This document shows, one piece after another, positions 24,270 through 37,145 of a stretch of DNA of 64,000 nucleotides (the stretch's first letter is position 1; each line of letters opens with the position of its first letter). A model generated the notes under the pieces. It worked only from the letters and a program-made list of their open reading frames with translations. It made no database searches and had not been told where the DNA came from. The stretch covers positions 8,671,448 through 8,735,447 of the forward strand of contig NC_068994.1 of NCBI RefSeq assembly GCF_001194135.2, in the 5' to 3' direction. This DNA comes from Octopus bimaculoides. Taxonomy: Eukaryota. The position numbers and the translations under genes were made by a program.

Positions 24270-24874
24270 AAGGCAGACGGTCTGAAATTTGGGGGAGGGT
24301 GATAGTCAATTACATCAACCCCGATACTGAACAAGTACTTAATTTATCGACCACGAAAGTATGACAGGCAAAGCTGACCTCTGCGGAACTTGAAACCAGA
24401 ACGTAGTGACGAGCGAAATCTGCTAAACATTTCGTCCAGCGTGCTAACGATTCCTTTCTACTCTAGGCTCGAGGCCCGAAATTTTTGGGGAGGAGGCAGT
24501 TGATTAGATCGACCGCAGTATGCAACTGGTACTTAATTTATCGACACCGAAAGGCAAAATCGCCCTTGGCGGAATTTGAACTCAGAACGTAGCAGCAAAC
24601 GGAATACCGCTAAGCATTTCACCCGGCGTACTAACGTTTCTTATTTTTTTATTGCCCACAAGGGGCTAAACATAGAGGGGACAACCAAGGACAGACAAAA
24701 GGATTAAGTCGATGACATCGACCCCAGTGCGTAACTGGTACTTAATTTATTGACCCCGAAAGGATGAAAGGCAAAGTCGACCTCGGCGGAGTTTGAACTC
24801 AAAACGTAACTGCAGACGAAATACTGCTTAGCATTTCGCCCGGCGTGCTAACGTTTCTGCCAGCTCGCCGCCTT
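24270..24874 (-). mobile_element. Family A SINE dimer (24453-24874) followed by a third, older monomer (24270-24452)
   Basis: Minus-strand junction GGGCAATAAAAAAATAAGAAACGTTAGTACGCC matches the 13679-14108 dimer; second junction GAGTAGAAAGGAATCGTTAGCACGC. Confidence 0.9.
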
Positions 24875-24920
24875 GGGACGATACATATTAATGGAATGAT
24901 ATTGAGGGTTACCAATGTTT

Positions 24921-25055
24921 ACGTACCTAGGAAAAGAAGACAGGCGAACAGACGGCGAAAACCGAAGTAGTCAGCAAAATATTGTATGGTTCAGTTTGTT
25001 ACTTACCTATGAAATATAAAAGAAAGAATGAAAGAAAGATTAAAATTAGGGTTAA
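24921..25055 (-). promoter_or_regulatory. Recursive-splice-like site (AG|GTAAGT at 25007/25006) with an 80-nt RS-exon-like segment ending at AG|GTACGT (24927/24926)
   Basis: Minus strand: CCCTAAT (branch-like) - TCTTTCTTTCATTCTTTCTTTTATATTTCATAG|GTAAGT ... CTGTCTTCTTTTCCTAG|GTACGT; stop codons in all three frames of the 80 nt. Confidence 0.6.
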
Positions 25056-25489
25056 AATTGTGTTATTTTTACAAAACGCAGTAAATACTGAAAATTGCCA
25101 AAATGTTAAGTGAAAAAAAGAAAAACACGTAAAATAGAAGACACAAATATGTTGAAAAAACGAAGTAGCCAGAAGAATTGAAAAGAAACATCGTGGAGCA
25201 AAGTAGCAAAAAATAGATGTGACTTCTCAAGAAAGCAATGCAAATAAGTGTATTGGAAAGAGAAAAACACATTACCGACACCTATATGAGAAAGTTAAAA
25301 ATAAAAGGAGAGTTAAAATTAGAAACGAAAGTATTATAAAAAAATGTGCGGTGGTGCATCAGCATGGCCGCAGCTCTGAGCTGAAACTTTGAAATGAAAA
25401 ATACATTACAATACAATACAAGTTCATTACACATAATGCCAGATGAGAAAACAATTAGAAAATGTTACATACTCACACACACGCACATC

Positions 25490-25670
25490 TATCTATCTAT
25501 TTATCTATCTATGTATCTACCTAACTATTTCCCTATCTATCTATCTATCTCTCTATCGATTTCTCTGTCTATGTATCTATCTATCTATTTCCCTGTCTAT
25601 GTATCTATCTATCTATTTCCCTGTCTATGTATCTATCTATCTATTTCCCTGTCTATGTATGTATGTATCT
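25490..25670. repeat. (TATC)n-derived minisatellite, ~28-bp unit TTTCCCTGTCTATGTATCTATCTATCTA
   Basis: Unit repeated about 3-4 times. Confidence 0.85.
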
Positions 25671-26096
25671 ATGCACACACATATATGTGTGTGTAAGAGT
25701 GTATCAATAGATCGTTTTCATGTGTACGTACATGTACGTATGTATGTGTTGTTCACTGTGTGCATGTGTGTGTGTGTATGTGTATACACACTCGAGTAGA
25801 TATTTGAAGAAAAACATTTGAAAATATACATCTAAATATCTATTAAAACATATGTAAATAAATATTAAGATACACTACGTGAAACCGCAGTATATATACG
25901 GGGTAACAGAATTGAATATCTTTTAAAACTTCCTTTGTATGCATTAAAACATAAAAGAAGTACTTAACGACCCTTTGACTCCAAAACTGGAGCAGTTTAA
26001 GACTTCAGACATTCACAGTTATTCCTAGACGAGGATTTATAAGCACGCTGTTTCCATGTACACATCATCTGCAATTTCATGTCTTCCTTTTCAAGA

Positions 26097-26129
<33 letters not shown>

Positions 26130-26139
26130 NNNNNNNNNN

Positions 26140-26173
<34 letters not shown>

Positions 26174-26397
26174 TCGTTTTGTATTCTCCTACAAGATTCA
26201 TGCTAGCCCAGACAAATAGAAATAGCATATGAGAAAATATAAATACCATTTTCTTCACTGAAAAGCATGACTTTAACTTTAGGCTGAATTATTGACACAG
26301 TCATAATAGATATATATCTACGTAGATAGATTTTGTTTTTATCCATCTCTGCCTATAACTGCATACGCATGTGGATATGTACAGATATATACATAAG

Positions 26398-26433
<36 letters not shown>

Positions 26434-26501
26434 TATGCGTGCGAATGCAATACACTGTATCTTACTATGGAGAAAATATCCGCATATATATATATATATA
26501 C

Positions 26502-26554
<53 letters not shown>

Positions 26555-26763
26555 NNNNNNNNNNNNNNNNNNNNNNNNNNNNNNNNNNNNNNNNNNNNNN
26601 NNNNNNNNNNNNNNNNNNNNNNNNNNNNNNNNNNNNNNNNNNNNNNNNNNNNNNNNNNNNNNNNNNNNNNNNNNNNNNNNNNNNNNNNNNNNNNNNNNNN
26701 NNNNNNNNNNNNNNNNNNNNNNNNNNNNNNNNNNNNNNNNNNNNNNNNNNNNNNNNNNNNNNN

Positions 26764-27058
26764 ATGAGGTAATGAGTTCGATTCCCGGGCCGGGCTGCGT
26801 GTTATGTTCTTGAGCAAAACACTTTATTTCACGTTGCTCCAGTTCACTTAGCCGTAGAAATGAGTTGCGACGTCAGCGGGCCCAAGCTGTATCCGCCTTT
26901 GCCTTTCCCATGGATAGCATCTTGCAAGGAGAGGCTGGTATGCCTGGGTGACTGGTGGTGTTCCATAAACGAACTTGCCCAAGCTTGTGTCTCGGAGGGG
27001 AACTTTCTAAGTACAATCCCATGGCCATTCATGAGCGTAGGGGGTCTTTACCGCTTTT
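26764..27058 (+). mobile_element. tRNA-derived SINE, family C, with a CORE-like central domain
   Basis: B box GAGTTCGATTCCC followed by GTGTTATGTTCTTGAGCAAAACACTTTATTTCAC, resembling the CORE-SINE TGTG.CCTTGGGCAAG.CACTT motif. Confidence 0.75.
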
Positions 27059-27089
<31 letters not shown>

Positions 27090-28177
27090 TTCGTTTGCAT
27101 ATCTGGTTTCTAAGATTCTTTGTGAAATCGTTAATCTATACACGTTTTCTCTCTCTCCCTTTATATATACGTGTGTGTGTGTGTTTGTGTGTGTACGAAA
27201 CAAAACTGCAATATATTATGCTTATAAATCTCTTATGGACACATGTTAAACAATAGTGATAGACAAGTGTTGCTTTAGCGGAGTAAGTGATTCTTTTATG
27301 GAACTTCGGTTGTTGTAACAGGTGTTCGGTTCGTTGTATTAAGTAAAGCGAATATTAGTACACACACAGACTTATACACATACACATCTACTGGTATATC
27401 CTCTTTCAATATATTATTGTCTATTTTTTTAAGTAGCATAGATTGTCGGCTGCAACCTAGCAAACGCCGTTTCACTACTATCTATTAAATAAATTTGTTG
27501 GTAAGATCTTATTGGTTGCTCGCTGCATGTCTTCAATTTACTATGCGGCTTTCGTTTATTCTTTTTCATCATCTATATTTCTGAAAGCTAATTGTCTGGC
27601 TAGTGACTACATGAGAGACTATGTTTTCTACCTGAAGCATTTACATCAATGAAGAGCCATTTTACCTATTTAAGAACACAGAAAATCATTTATATTACTC
27701 TTCGTTTATTCCTTGAGCTGTCAAAACTCTTCGCCATTTACAAATTTCTACCATATCTCCTGAAAACCACATACAATCGAGCCGTTATATAACTATAACT
27801 ATATATATATGAGGGGGCAAAAATTCTATCAATTTCTGTTCACTTTTTCTTCCTCTGTGTCTCCTTAGTCTTGTGGTTTGAATGAGTTATTATTTTACTT
27901 CAATTTGAGAAGAAAATCAAGAAAAGAACGTTATAGAAACGAGAAAACTGAAGAAAACTCCTCGAGGATTACAAAATCTCTCCAGTAACTTATTCTCGTC
28001 AAAATGAGTGGAATTCTGTTAGCAACAAAACGAGAATTTGACATTTCAGGAAATAAACGAAAATTGAAAATATAGCATTTTTTGTATGTCTTAAATTTCT
28101 AATACGTCTCCGTTCCTGTTATATTGGTAAATCTTTACGTGTTGAAAACCTGAGACTTTGCACAAATAAATGGATTA

Positions 28178-29170
28178 CACTAGGTAACAAAAGTTTTGTT
28201 ACTATTAGACGAAATGGTGTTCATAGGTAATTTGGGAGCGCTGATTCCGAATCTGCAATCATTTTTGCTCTAGCACGTAACGTTTTTGCGCTGTTATTAC
28301 TATGCTGGTATCAAAATTACAACAATGTGAAAATTCATGACAGTAATCCTGACTTTTCGTTTGTTAAACCCAAGTCTCTAACTAAATCATTTAACCTAAG
28401 TTGACTTAACAATTGGGAAACATTTTTTGAAGATCCTGGTTCATCACAGTGATCTTCAGTATCACTCGGCACACCTTCAATTGAAGTAGATGCAATACTT
28501 TCTTCACTTAAACTATCTTTGTCAAAAGATAAAGAAGATTCTGGAATTGGAATATTTTCAGGAGCATGAACAACTGGTTTTAATGTTAGAGGGCAATCTG
28601 GATAAACAATCTTGGATTTGTTCTTCTTAGAGAAACCTGTGATGTTAGTTAAGCAGAAATAACAATCGATAGAGTGATTTATTGGTTCACGCCATATGAT
28701 TGGTACTGCAAATGGTATGCTTTACCGTTTACCATTCAGCCACTGGGTTAGTGCTATGTAGCAGATTTTGCAAGAAACATGAGGCACCCACAGTTTATCT
28801 TGGTCCCCAACTTTGCACCCAAATTAAATCTTGTACACATTTTAAAATTTCTTTGTAAGCTTATTTCTCTGATCTCTTGGCGTAAATTTTCCACACACGG
28901 AACAAAAGCTGTCCGGGTGATGACCACAAACTTTTCTGCTCATTATAAATACATACAGTAATAACTTAAATCAACACTCAAAGAAGCCTGTCAGTAAACT
29001 AAAATATAATATTAATCAACTGTAAATTTCTCAAAATAAAATCATTGAAATTATTATGGAATGTACTGAAGCTATGGCTATCAGGATACAATTTTTTCCA
29101 AGTCTAAATTTCAAATGTTGATCACTTTTTTAATAAGTAACGAAACTTACTGCTAAACTACTTTTCAAAA
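28178..29170 (-). mobile_element. Internally deleted Chapaev3-like (CMC superfamily) DNA transposon; transposase pseudogene 28943-28335
   Basis: MSRKVCGHHPDSFCSVCGKF...FGCKVGDQDKLWVPHVSCKICY...W.NGKR*SIPFAVPIIWREPINHSIDCYFCLTNITGF...LNDLVRDLGL with three internal stops. One terminus TTA|CACTAGGTAACAAAA fits CAC ends and a TWA TSD. The other end was not resolved; the subfamily name is recalled from knowledge of the family, not from a search. Confidence 0.75.
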
Positions 29171-29261
29171 AGCTGGTTATCAAGAAAAGGGAGTCTGGGT
29201 GGTTTACTATAATCTAATATCAATGGCGTAATGTGAGGAGAACTTTACTATAAATCCGACT

Positions 29262-29570
29262 TCGGTGGAGTTTGAACTCAGAACACAGCGACGGGGCGAA
29301 ATGCTGCTAAGGAATCTGCCAGCTCACCGCTTTAATCTACCCCAAAATAATCTTTTCTACTCTAGGCACAAGGCCCGAAAGTATTTTTTCTTTGGGGGGG
29401 GGGTCGATTAGATCGATCCCATTACGCAACTGGTACTTAATTTATCTATCCTGAAAGGATGAAAGGCAAAGTCGACCTCTGAGGAATTTGAACTCAGAAC
29501 ATAGCGACGGGGCGAAATACCACTAAGCATTTCGCCCGGTGTGCTAGCGATTCAGCCAGCTTGCTGCATT
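29262..29570 (-). mobile_element. Two family A SINEs: partial (29262-29333) and full-length (29353-29570) with ~19-bp TSD
   Basis: TAATCTACCCCAAAATAAT (29334-29352) and TAATCTATCCTAAAATAAT (29571-29589) flank the full copy. Confidence 0.85.
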
Positions 29571-29659
29571 AATCTATCCTAAAATAATGACAAAAATTCA
29601 AATCTCGCAGGGGGAAGACGAAAAAGAAAAAGGGAGGAAAAGAGAAGAGGTGGGGGAGT

Positions 29660-29842
29660 GATGATGATGAGGGGGAAGTAGATTTTGATAATGATGACGA
29701 CGTAGGTCGTGACAACGAGGAGGACGGCTGTTGTAATGCTACTGCTGTTACTGATGACAACGATGATGATGATGGTCATGATGGTGATGACGATGGTGAT
29801 GATGGTCATGATGGTGATGGTGACAACGATGATGTTGATGCT
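29660..29842. repeat. Degenerate (GAT/GGT/GAC)n trinucleotide array
   Basis: Direct reading. Confidence 0.85.
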
Positions 29843-30570
29843 GCAGAGGAAAGAGTAGCGAGAAAGAAGGGAATGAGGTAGAGGAATAGTGATGAAGTTT
29901 TATTAATATGTAATCAAACACCTACGTGGTAAGCAAACGTCACTTGCTGTAAGTTCACACACGCGAATGTGAACATAACGGAACATTTAAAAGCAACAAC
30001 AACAATATTTACGAAAACAGAAAGCAAAAAAAAAAAAAAAAANNNNNNNNNNNNNNNNNNNNNNNNNNNNNNNNNNNNNNNNNNNNNNNNNNNNNNNNNN
30101 NNNNNNNNNNNNNNNNNNNNNNNNNNNNNNNNNNNNNNNNNNNNNNNNNNNNNNNNNNNNNNNNNNNNNNNNNNNNNNNNNNNNNNNNNNNNNNNNNNNN
30201 NNNNNNNNNNNNNNNNNNNNNNNNNNNNNNNNNNNNNNNNNNNNNNNNNNNNNNNNNNNNNNNNNNNNNNNNNNNNNNNNNNNNNNNNNNNNNNNNNNNN
30301 NNNNNNNNNNNNNNNNNNNNNNNNNNNNNNNNNNNNNNNNNNNNNNNNNNNNNNNNNNNNNNNNNNNNNNNNNNNNNNNNNNNNNNNNNNNNNNNNNNNN
30401 NNNNNNNNNNNNNNNNNNNNNNNNNNNNNNNNNNNNNNNNNNNNNNNNNNNNNNNNNNNNNNNNNNNNNNNNNNNNNNNNNNNNNNNNNNNNNNNTATAT
30501 ATATATATATATATATATGTGTATGTGTATATTACATATATATATATATATGTGTGTGTATGTGTATATT

Positions 30571-30613
<43 letters not shown>

Positions 30614-30678
30614 TGTGTGCGTGCATGTGTGTATGTATATATATATATATATCGATGTGTGCGTGTATATATATATAC

Positions 30679-30719
<41 letters not shown>

Positions 30720-31249
30720 TGTGTGTGTGTGTGTGTATGTATGTATATGTACATATACCTACACAGATGTACAGAATTGAAGGAATATATAAACAGATGA
30801 CCTACTAGATAACAAAGATCAAAAGATAACCACTATGAATAACGAATGAAAGCGGTTGATACTAAATATTTTGCAGGCTAAAAGTAATATAAATAAACGA
30901 TAATGTTTCCCCAATGAAAGAGACTGCGAAAATGAATGTGGTACAAGAGATAGGTGAGAAATTGGGTATATTTACTTGTAAATAAGTAAGTTAAAGATGA
31001 AAGACTAACCGGTATTTGTAAGAACAACTATTGATAGTAAACAGTTTGTATGATAATAAATATACAAATAAATAATGTTTTGGTGAATGAAAGACGTTGG
31101 AGTGACTAAAACATTAAAAAAAGCAGCTAGTGTCAGACCGAACGCTATATCGTTCGATTTGTATAGAAAAGGTATCTACGAAATTTCAGTGAAGTTGGTT
31201 CCTACAATCTTGAAAGTGAAGGAAACCTCACAGATGCTTGATTAACGTG

Positions 31250-31760
31250 GGTATCAAAAGAAAGTGCCCACATACACTTGAGAATGAATAACGTTTATGA
31301 TAATGCGTGTTAATAAGGAAAGTTTCAGGTGAGATTAAGATATATAATGGCTTTCGTTTTTTAACATTGGGGTATATCCCTTGATAAAGTGGATATCAAA
31401 GGAAAATGCCCTTTTGCACAGGATAATCAATAACGCTTATAATAATGCATGTTTATAAGGACTCTCTCTGTTGGTATTGATATATATAGTGTTTTTTTTT
31501 AATATTAGCGTATTACCCAAATGAAAATAGATATCAAAAGAAAATGCTCTTTACCTTTGGAAAATGAATAACATTTATAATAATGCATGTTGATAAGGAC
31601 TTTTTCCGGTGATATTAACATTTTTTAATAATATTTTTTTAAAACATTGCTGTATGTGCCTATTGAAAGTGTATATCGGAAGTAAAACGCCCTCTTGCAA
31701 TTGTCGATAAATAACTACGATATTAATGTATGATAATTAGTATGTTTATCGAGATATCAA
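31250..31760. repeat. Degenerate tandem repeat, ~140-bp unit, about 4 copies
   Basis: GATATCAAAAGAAAATGC...AATAAC.TTTATAATAATGCATGTT.ATAAGGA recurs at about 31252, 31392, 31531 and 31671. Confidence 0.8.
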
Positions 31761-33051
31761 TAGATATGATTTTTGTCCGATTCAAATACGAACATTTACG
31801 GGAATGAGAATCTTAATGAATCCAGGATTTTAAACTGTGATTGAAAAACAAACAAAATAAAATCGATAAAAAATTTCGAAAAATGAAAAAAAAAAAAAAA
31901 TCATAGTTACTTGAATTCCCGAGTGTAGAACGCAAATGCTCAAAAATTTCCAGGTAATTCCAAGAAAGGAAACAAAGTTATGAGGAGTTATGTGCGGTGC
32001 TTAAAGCGCAATTCCCGCCAGTTCTAAGTTTACGTAGACAGGATTTGAATTCAGGAAGTGACTAAACAATATAACGTATTTTGTGTTTTGCAGATTTTTT
32101 GTCGCCAACTTCTTAAATAATCTCACTTTGAAGAACTTCTATCTTTTATCTACGTTAGTTAATATTTGATATTATTGTGCAAATCTTTGTATTGCTTAGT
32201 TGCGTCAGTTTACAATCTGAGTTCAAATCATGCCGAAGTCTACCTGATCGAGTTTTGCCTTTTTCTATATTTCATGTATTGAGCGTCAGTATTAAATGAT
32301 TATTCGGTCTAATCAAGCTTACAGATTATAAGAAATATTATAACGAAGAACAAAAATGCCGTGAGGTACATAATTTGAGTTCTTCGCCTTGAGTTCAAAT
32401 CCTGCCACACTTACTGTTACTGATTTAATGAATTAAACACCACACAGTGAGGAATTAATGTTGATGTCATTGACTGATATGTGCGAAAGAAGCAATATTC
32501 GTTTAATATCTATATGGTACTTAAAGCAAACACATCGTTGAAATCTTTATTAAAAACAGTATTCGTTCAGAGATAGCATCTCTTATAGATGTAATGTTTA
32601 AAGCAGTAGACGAAAATAGTCTAGTGGTATTTGCGAAATTGCTAAATGAGCATATCTGTCTCTTAAAAATTTCATTAGTAGCAAATGTTCACTGTCAACC
32701 ATATGTTTAAAACAAAATTCGCCGCTATTAATACAGCAAGACTATGATTAAGAGATCACCATGTTGCTATTAGCCGGCAAGCTGAATAAAATTTCGTTAT
32801 GTGCGACAATCTGCTCCGAATTTTCTAATTTCTTTCTCCGGATGAAATATTTATGTGCTTTCATGAAGCTAGCTTCTGAAACCAAAATTTCTAACGTAAG
32901 CAGAACAAAAAAGATTTGGGGAATATAGACTCTATTACTTGACTGTTATTTTCTTATATCGACGCTAAAATCAGTTGAATCATTAATTACTGATTGTATT
33001 TCTTTAAACATTCGTTGCTCATAGCTGAATTTTATTCTATTATAAAAACTA

Positions 33052-33442
33052 CGTGAAAGGTGGTGAACTGGCAGAATCGTTAACTCGTCGGGCGAAATTC
33101 CAAGGGGTATTTCTTCTGCCGCATGGTTCTGAGTTCAAATTCCGCTGAGGTCGACTTCGCCTGTCATCATTTCGGGGTCGATAAATTAAGTACCAGTCAA
33201 GTATTGAAGTTAATGTGATCGACTTACCCCTCCCCACAAATTTCAGGCCTTGTAGCTTAAGCGGAAGGAATTATTAAAATTAGGTTAAAGTTGGCAGGCC
33301 GGCAGAAGCCTTAGCACGCCGGACGAAATTCCTAGCGGTATTTCATCTGCCGAAACAGTCGATAAAATAAGTACCAGTTGTGTAGAGGGGTCAATGTAAT
33401 CGACTATTCTCTTTCCCCAAATTCCAGGCCTTGTGCCTATAG
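33052..33442 (+). mobile_element. Two tandem family A SINEs with tail 2 (second internally deleted)
   Basis: AAGGTGGTGAACTGGCAGAATCG...CAGGCCTTGTAGC; GGCAGAAGCCTTAGCACGCCGG...CAGGCCTTGTGCCTATAG. Confidence 0.85.
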
Positions 33443-33777
33443 CTGAGCGTTTTAAAATTACGTCAATTTCCTTAAATTTAAAGAAGAAAAAATGAAATTT
33501 CAATAAAACTTCAGGTAAACTAAGCGCGGGCATATTATTGAATGAAATGTCAGTGATGATGTATATAAAACTGTAGGTGATATATATACAATATATACAC
33601 GTATGTACTACCCCCCTCACGCACGTATACACACACTCACACATGTAGATCTATGTATCTACACGTATTTGTTATATTGTTTCGCATACTGATGCTCACA
33701 ACGTAGTATTAATTCTAGATCAATTTCAGCTTAAGTATAGTTAATATTACAAGTTCCTATAATCTTAGTCTGCATTC

Positions 33778-33893
<116 letters not shown>

Positions 33894-34522
33894 GAAAAGC
33901 GTGTATACATATGTATGCACATATGTATGCACAAATGTATTCTAAAATCAAACACACGTACACACACACACATATATTTATACATATATATTTATACATG
34001 ATTTTAGTACTTTTGATATTTGTATATTTATAATTTTACTAAGAATATACAATTCATCGGATTGTATTTCAACTAACGATTAGAAGACTTAATACTATCA
34101 CCATCATCATGTTACTTTATATTGCGGCCTCATATGCCCCGACCATCTGTTCTACATTATTTAACCATTGCCTACTGAACAAAAAACAAAAAAAAAAAAA
34201 AATGCTTCACTTAATATTATTATTTCTTTTCTATATATTGTTTTTTTTTTTCTTCTGTTAACTACGCCAATCTCAATCCCATGCCCTTCCAGTTACGTAT
34301 ATTTTCAATTTGCTTCGTTTTTCGTATCGCTTATGTTTTGTGAATATAATTTATCGTAATCATATTTTATATTTCAATGACAGTTATAAATGATGTATAA
34401 GTTTCCGACGTCCACCAGCTGCGTCTCTACCTATCAGCATCTTTGGATTTATAGTATCAATCGATCAATCTATAGGGAATGTTTGTTTTCTCATAAAAGA
34501 ATACAATAAACTATGTGCGTGT

Positions 34523-34567
<45 letters not shown>

Positions 34568-34914
34568 CGTATCTATACATGTATATGTATATATGCATAT
34601 ATATATGTATATGTGTATATATATGTACGTATGTATATATGTATAAATGTATGTATGTATATATATATGTATATACATATGTATTTATATATGTGTGTGT
34701 GTATATAAGTATATATATGTAAGTATATATACGTATATATACATATATATACACCCCTATATATATGCATATATAATTGTGTATATATATATATATGTAG
34801 GAATATATGTAAGTATATATGTATATTATATATAGGATTATATGCATGTATATATATATATATATTATATAGGATTATATGTATATATATATATATATAT
34901 TATATAAACACACA

Positions 34915-34979
<65 letters not shown>

Positions 34980-35344
34980 GATCGAATAATAGTCGCTTCC
35001 ATTTATCTCTATATGAATAGATATTTACTCCAACACGCATACTTATGTACGTACAGTACTATTGCGTATACAAATATATAAACACATTCATGCTTACTGA
35101 CCTAAATAAATACACATATGCATGCATTCATATAGTTATGCGTATATATCTCTGATGTGCGTGTGTGTGTTTGAGAGAGTGTATATTTGAATATAGAGAA
35201 AGATGTAAACAGAAGGATGCACATGCACACGGACACTCATTTGCACATTTGATACGCTAATATACGTACAAATATACAAACAAATATATATAGACCTCCA
35301 AGCATCTAAAAATACGTCTGTCTTTGTATTTCGACTTATCTATC

Positions 35345-35625
35345 TATCTAGCTGTCTGTATGTCAGTCCATTTCTATGTTTATCTATCTATCTATCTATC
35401 TGTATGTCAGTCCATTTCTATGTTTATCTATCTATCTATCTGTATGTCAGTCCATTTCTATGTTTATCTATCTATCTATCTGTATGTCAGTCCATTTCTA
35501 TGTTTATCTATCTATCNNNNNNNNNNTTTATCTATCTATCTATCTGTATGTCAGTCCATTTCTATGTTTATCTATCTATCTATCTGTATGTCAGTCCATT
35601 TTTATGTTTATCTATCTATCTATCT
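35345..35625. repeat. Minisatellite, 40-bp unit TCTGTATGTCAGTCCATTTCTATGTTTATCTATCTATCTA, about 6 copies
   Basis: Near-identical units either side of a 10-N gap. Confidence 0.95.
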
Positions 35626-35857
35626 ATCTATCTATCTCTCTAGCTGTCTGTCTATCTATCTGTGTCTGTCTCTCTCTATGTTTATCTCTCTCTCTCTCTA
35701 GCCGTCTGTCTGTCTGTCTATCTCTATGTTTAGACATCTATCTATCTCTCTAGCTGTCTGTCTCTCTCTCTATCTATCTATCCGTATAAATCTATCTTTT
35801 TGTGTGAACGTGTTTTTATTTCGTATAATGCAAGTTGTTCTACTGTTGACAACTTAC

Positions 35858-35946
35858 CTGACAACTAATGACATGAAAGCTGCCTTTCCTCCAGTCGAGT
35901 CCTTACCAAGAACGGATACGAATGCATGAAGCTCTTCTGAAGACAT
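35858..35946 (-). CDS. Candidate first coding exon of an unidentified minus-strand gene (MSSEELHAFVSVLGKDSTGGKAAFMSLVV, phase 2)
   Basis: ATG at 35946 with G at -3 and an in-frame upstream TGA; 29 codons of non-repetitive sequence; perfect donor CAG|GTAAGT at 35858/35857. Confidence 0.45.
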
Positions 35947-36009
35947 ATCTGCTACGTTCAACGTTCAAGTTCCTTAACTTTTACGACTCTCACATAAAAG
36001 AGGTTGAAT

Positions 36010-36220
36010 ATTCCGCCGGAATTTACCCCACTTCATAGTCCCTTAATACGTTTTGCCGGATTAAATATGTTGCCAGAATTTACCACTAAGCTTTATGAAT
36101 CTTATTCGCTATTTATTTTAACATGAAATATAAAATATTCAATGTGAGAATTAGGTGTGACCAATACTACCAACCTAAAAAGGTCATATGTACTAACTAG
36201 TTTTCTCTCGCGGATAGTTT
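36010..36220 (-). promoter_or_regulatory. Candidate promoter upstream of the 35946 ATG
   Basis: Three copies of GCC(G/A)GA(A)TT at about 36014, 36054 and 36071, two extending to GCCRGAATTTACC; TCTCGCG at ~36206; CpG-containing patch in AT-rich context. Confidence 0.25.
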
Positions 36221-36406
36221 ATTAAAAACATTAGAAAATGAATGTTTCTGTATGATTGAGCTAACGATAAATCTACGCCAATTTATATACATTCACGTGT
36301 ATANNNNNNNNNNNNNNNNNNNNNNNNNNNNNNNNNNNNNNNNNNNNNNNNNNNNNNNNNNNNNNNNNNNNNNNNNNNNNNNNNNNNNNNNNNNNNNNNN
36401 NNNNNN

Positions 36407-36438
<32 letters not shown>

Positions 36439-37145
36439 CGTGTGTAATATATATATTATGATATTGATACGTACGTATGTATGTGCGTGTGTGTATGTGT
36501 TTGTGAGTGTGTTTGTATATCAATAAACACTGATATCCAATTTCTATAAAAAATATATATATAATGATATAACTGATGTACGTTATTCATAGACAAAAAG
36601 ATATAAAAAATAAATCTGAAGGAAACATAATACGAAATATATTTTTATACATCAAAAAATATTATGCGTATATATATATATATATATATGTGTGTATCTT
36701 TTGTGTGAAATCTATAAGAGAGAGAGAGGGAGAAGGAGACAAGGAGAGAGAGGAGGGAAGGAGAGAGAAGGAGGGAAGGAGAGAGAAGGAGAGAGAGAGA
36801 GAGAAAGAGAGAGAGAGCAAACCTACAATCCAAGGAAATGGATAATGAAATAGGAATGAGAAATGAAAAATAAGTATTTAATGGTAGATTACTGACTGAT
36901 ATTGTGATTCTTCCGAGACGAAAACGATTTACTCTGTTATTTTAGCTCAAATATCCACAGGATATTTTTGGCAATGATATATTGGATTAGTTTTCCTTTC
37001 CTTCTTTCCACTTCAAACAAACCGAAGGAGTAACCTTCGTAGACGCTCTATCTACTAGAAATGGAAGCTACATCTCTTTCAGTTCACATCCTTTCCGTTT
37101 TAGGAAAATACAGTTTTTGATACAGCATGTTTTGATAATATAAGG

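Noticed and set aside
29580-29842. Strong minus-strand acceptor followed by His-, Ser- or Ile-rich frames
   Set aside because: Degenerate (CAT)n repeat preceded by a GA-rich simple repeat; no donor and no protein signature.
31800-31834. 35-nt minus-strand exon-like segment (FKILDSLRF...)
   Set aside because: It gives a stop in the phase required by the 35858 exon and lies in probable repeat-derived sequence.
35345-35625. Regular 40-bp repeats suggestive of a CRISPR-like array
   Set aside because: No unique spacers; it is a (TATC)n-derived minisatellite in eukaryotic DNA.
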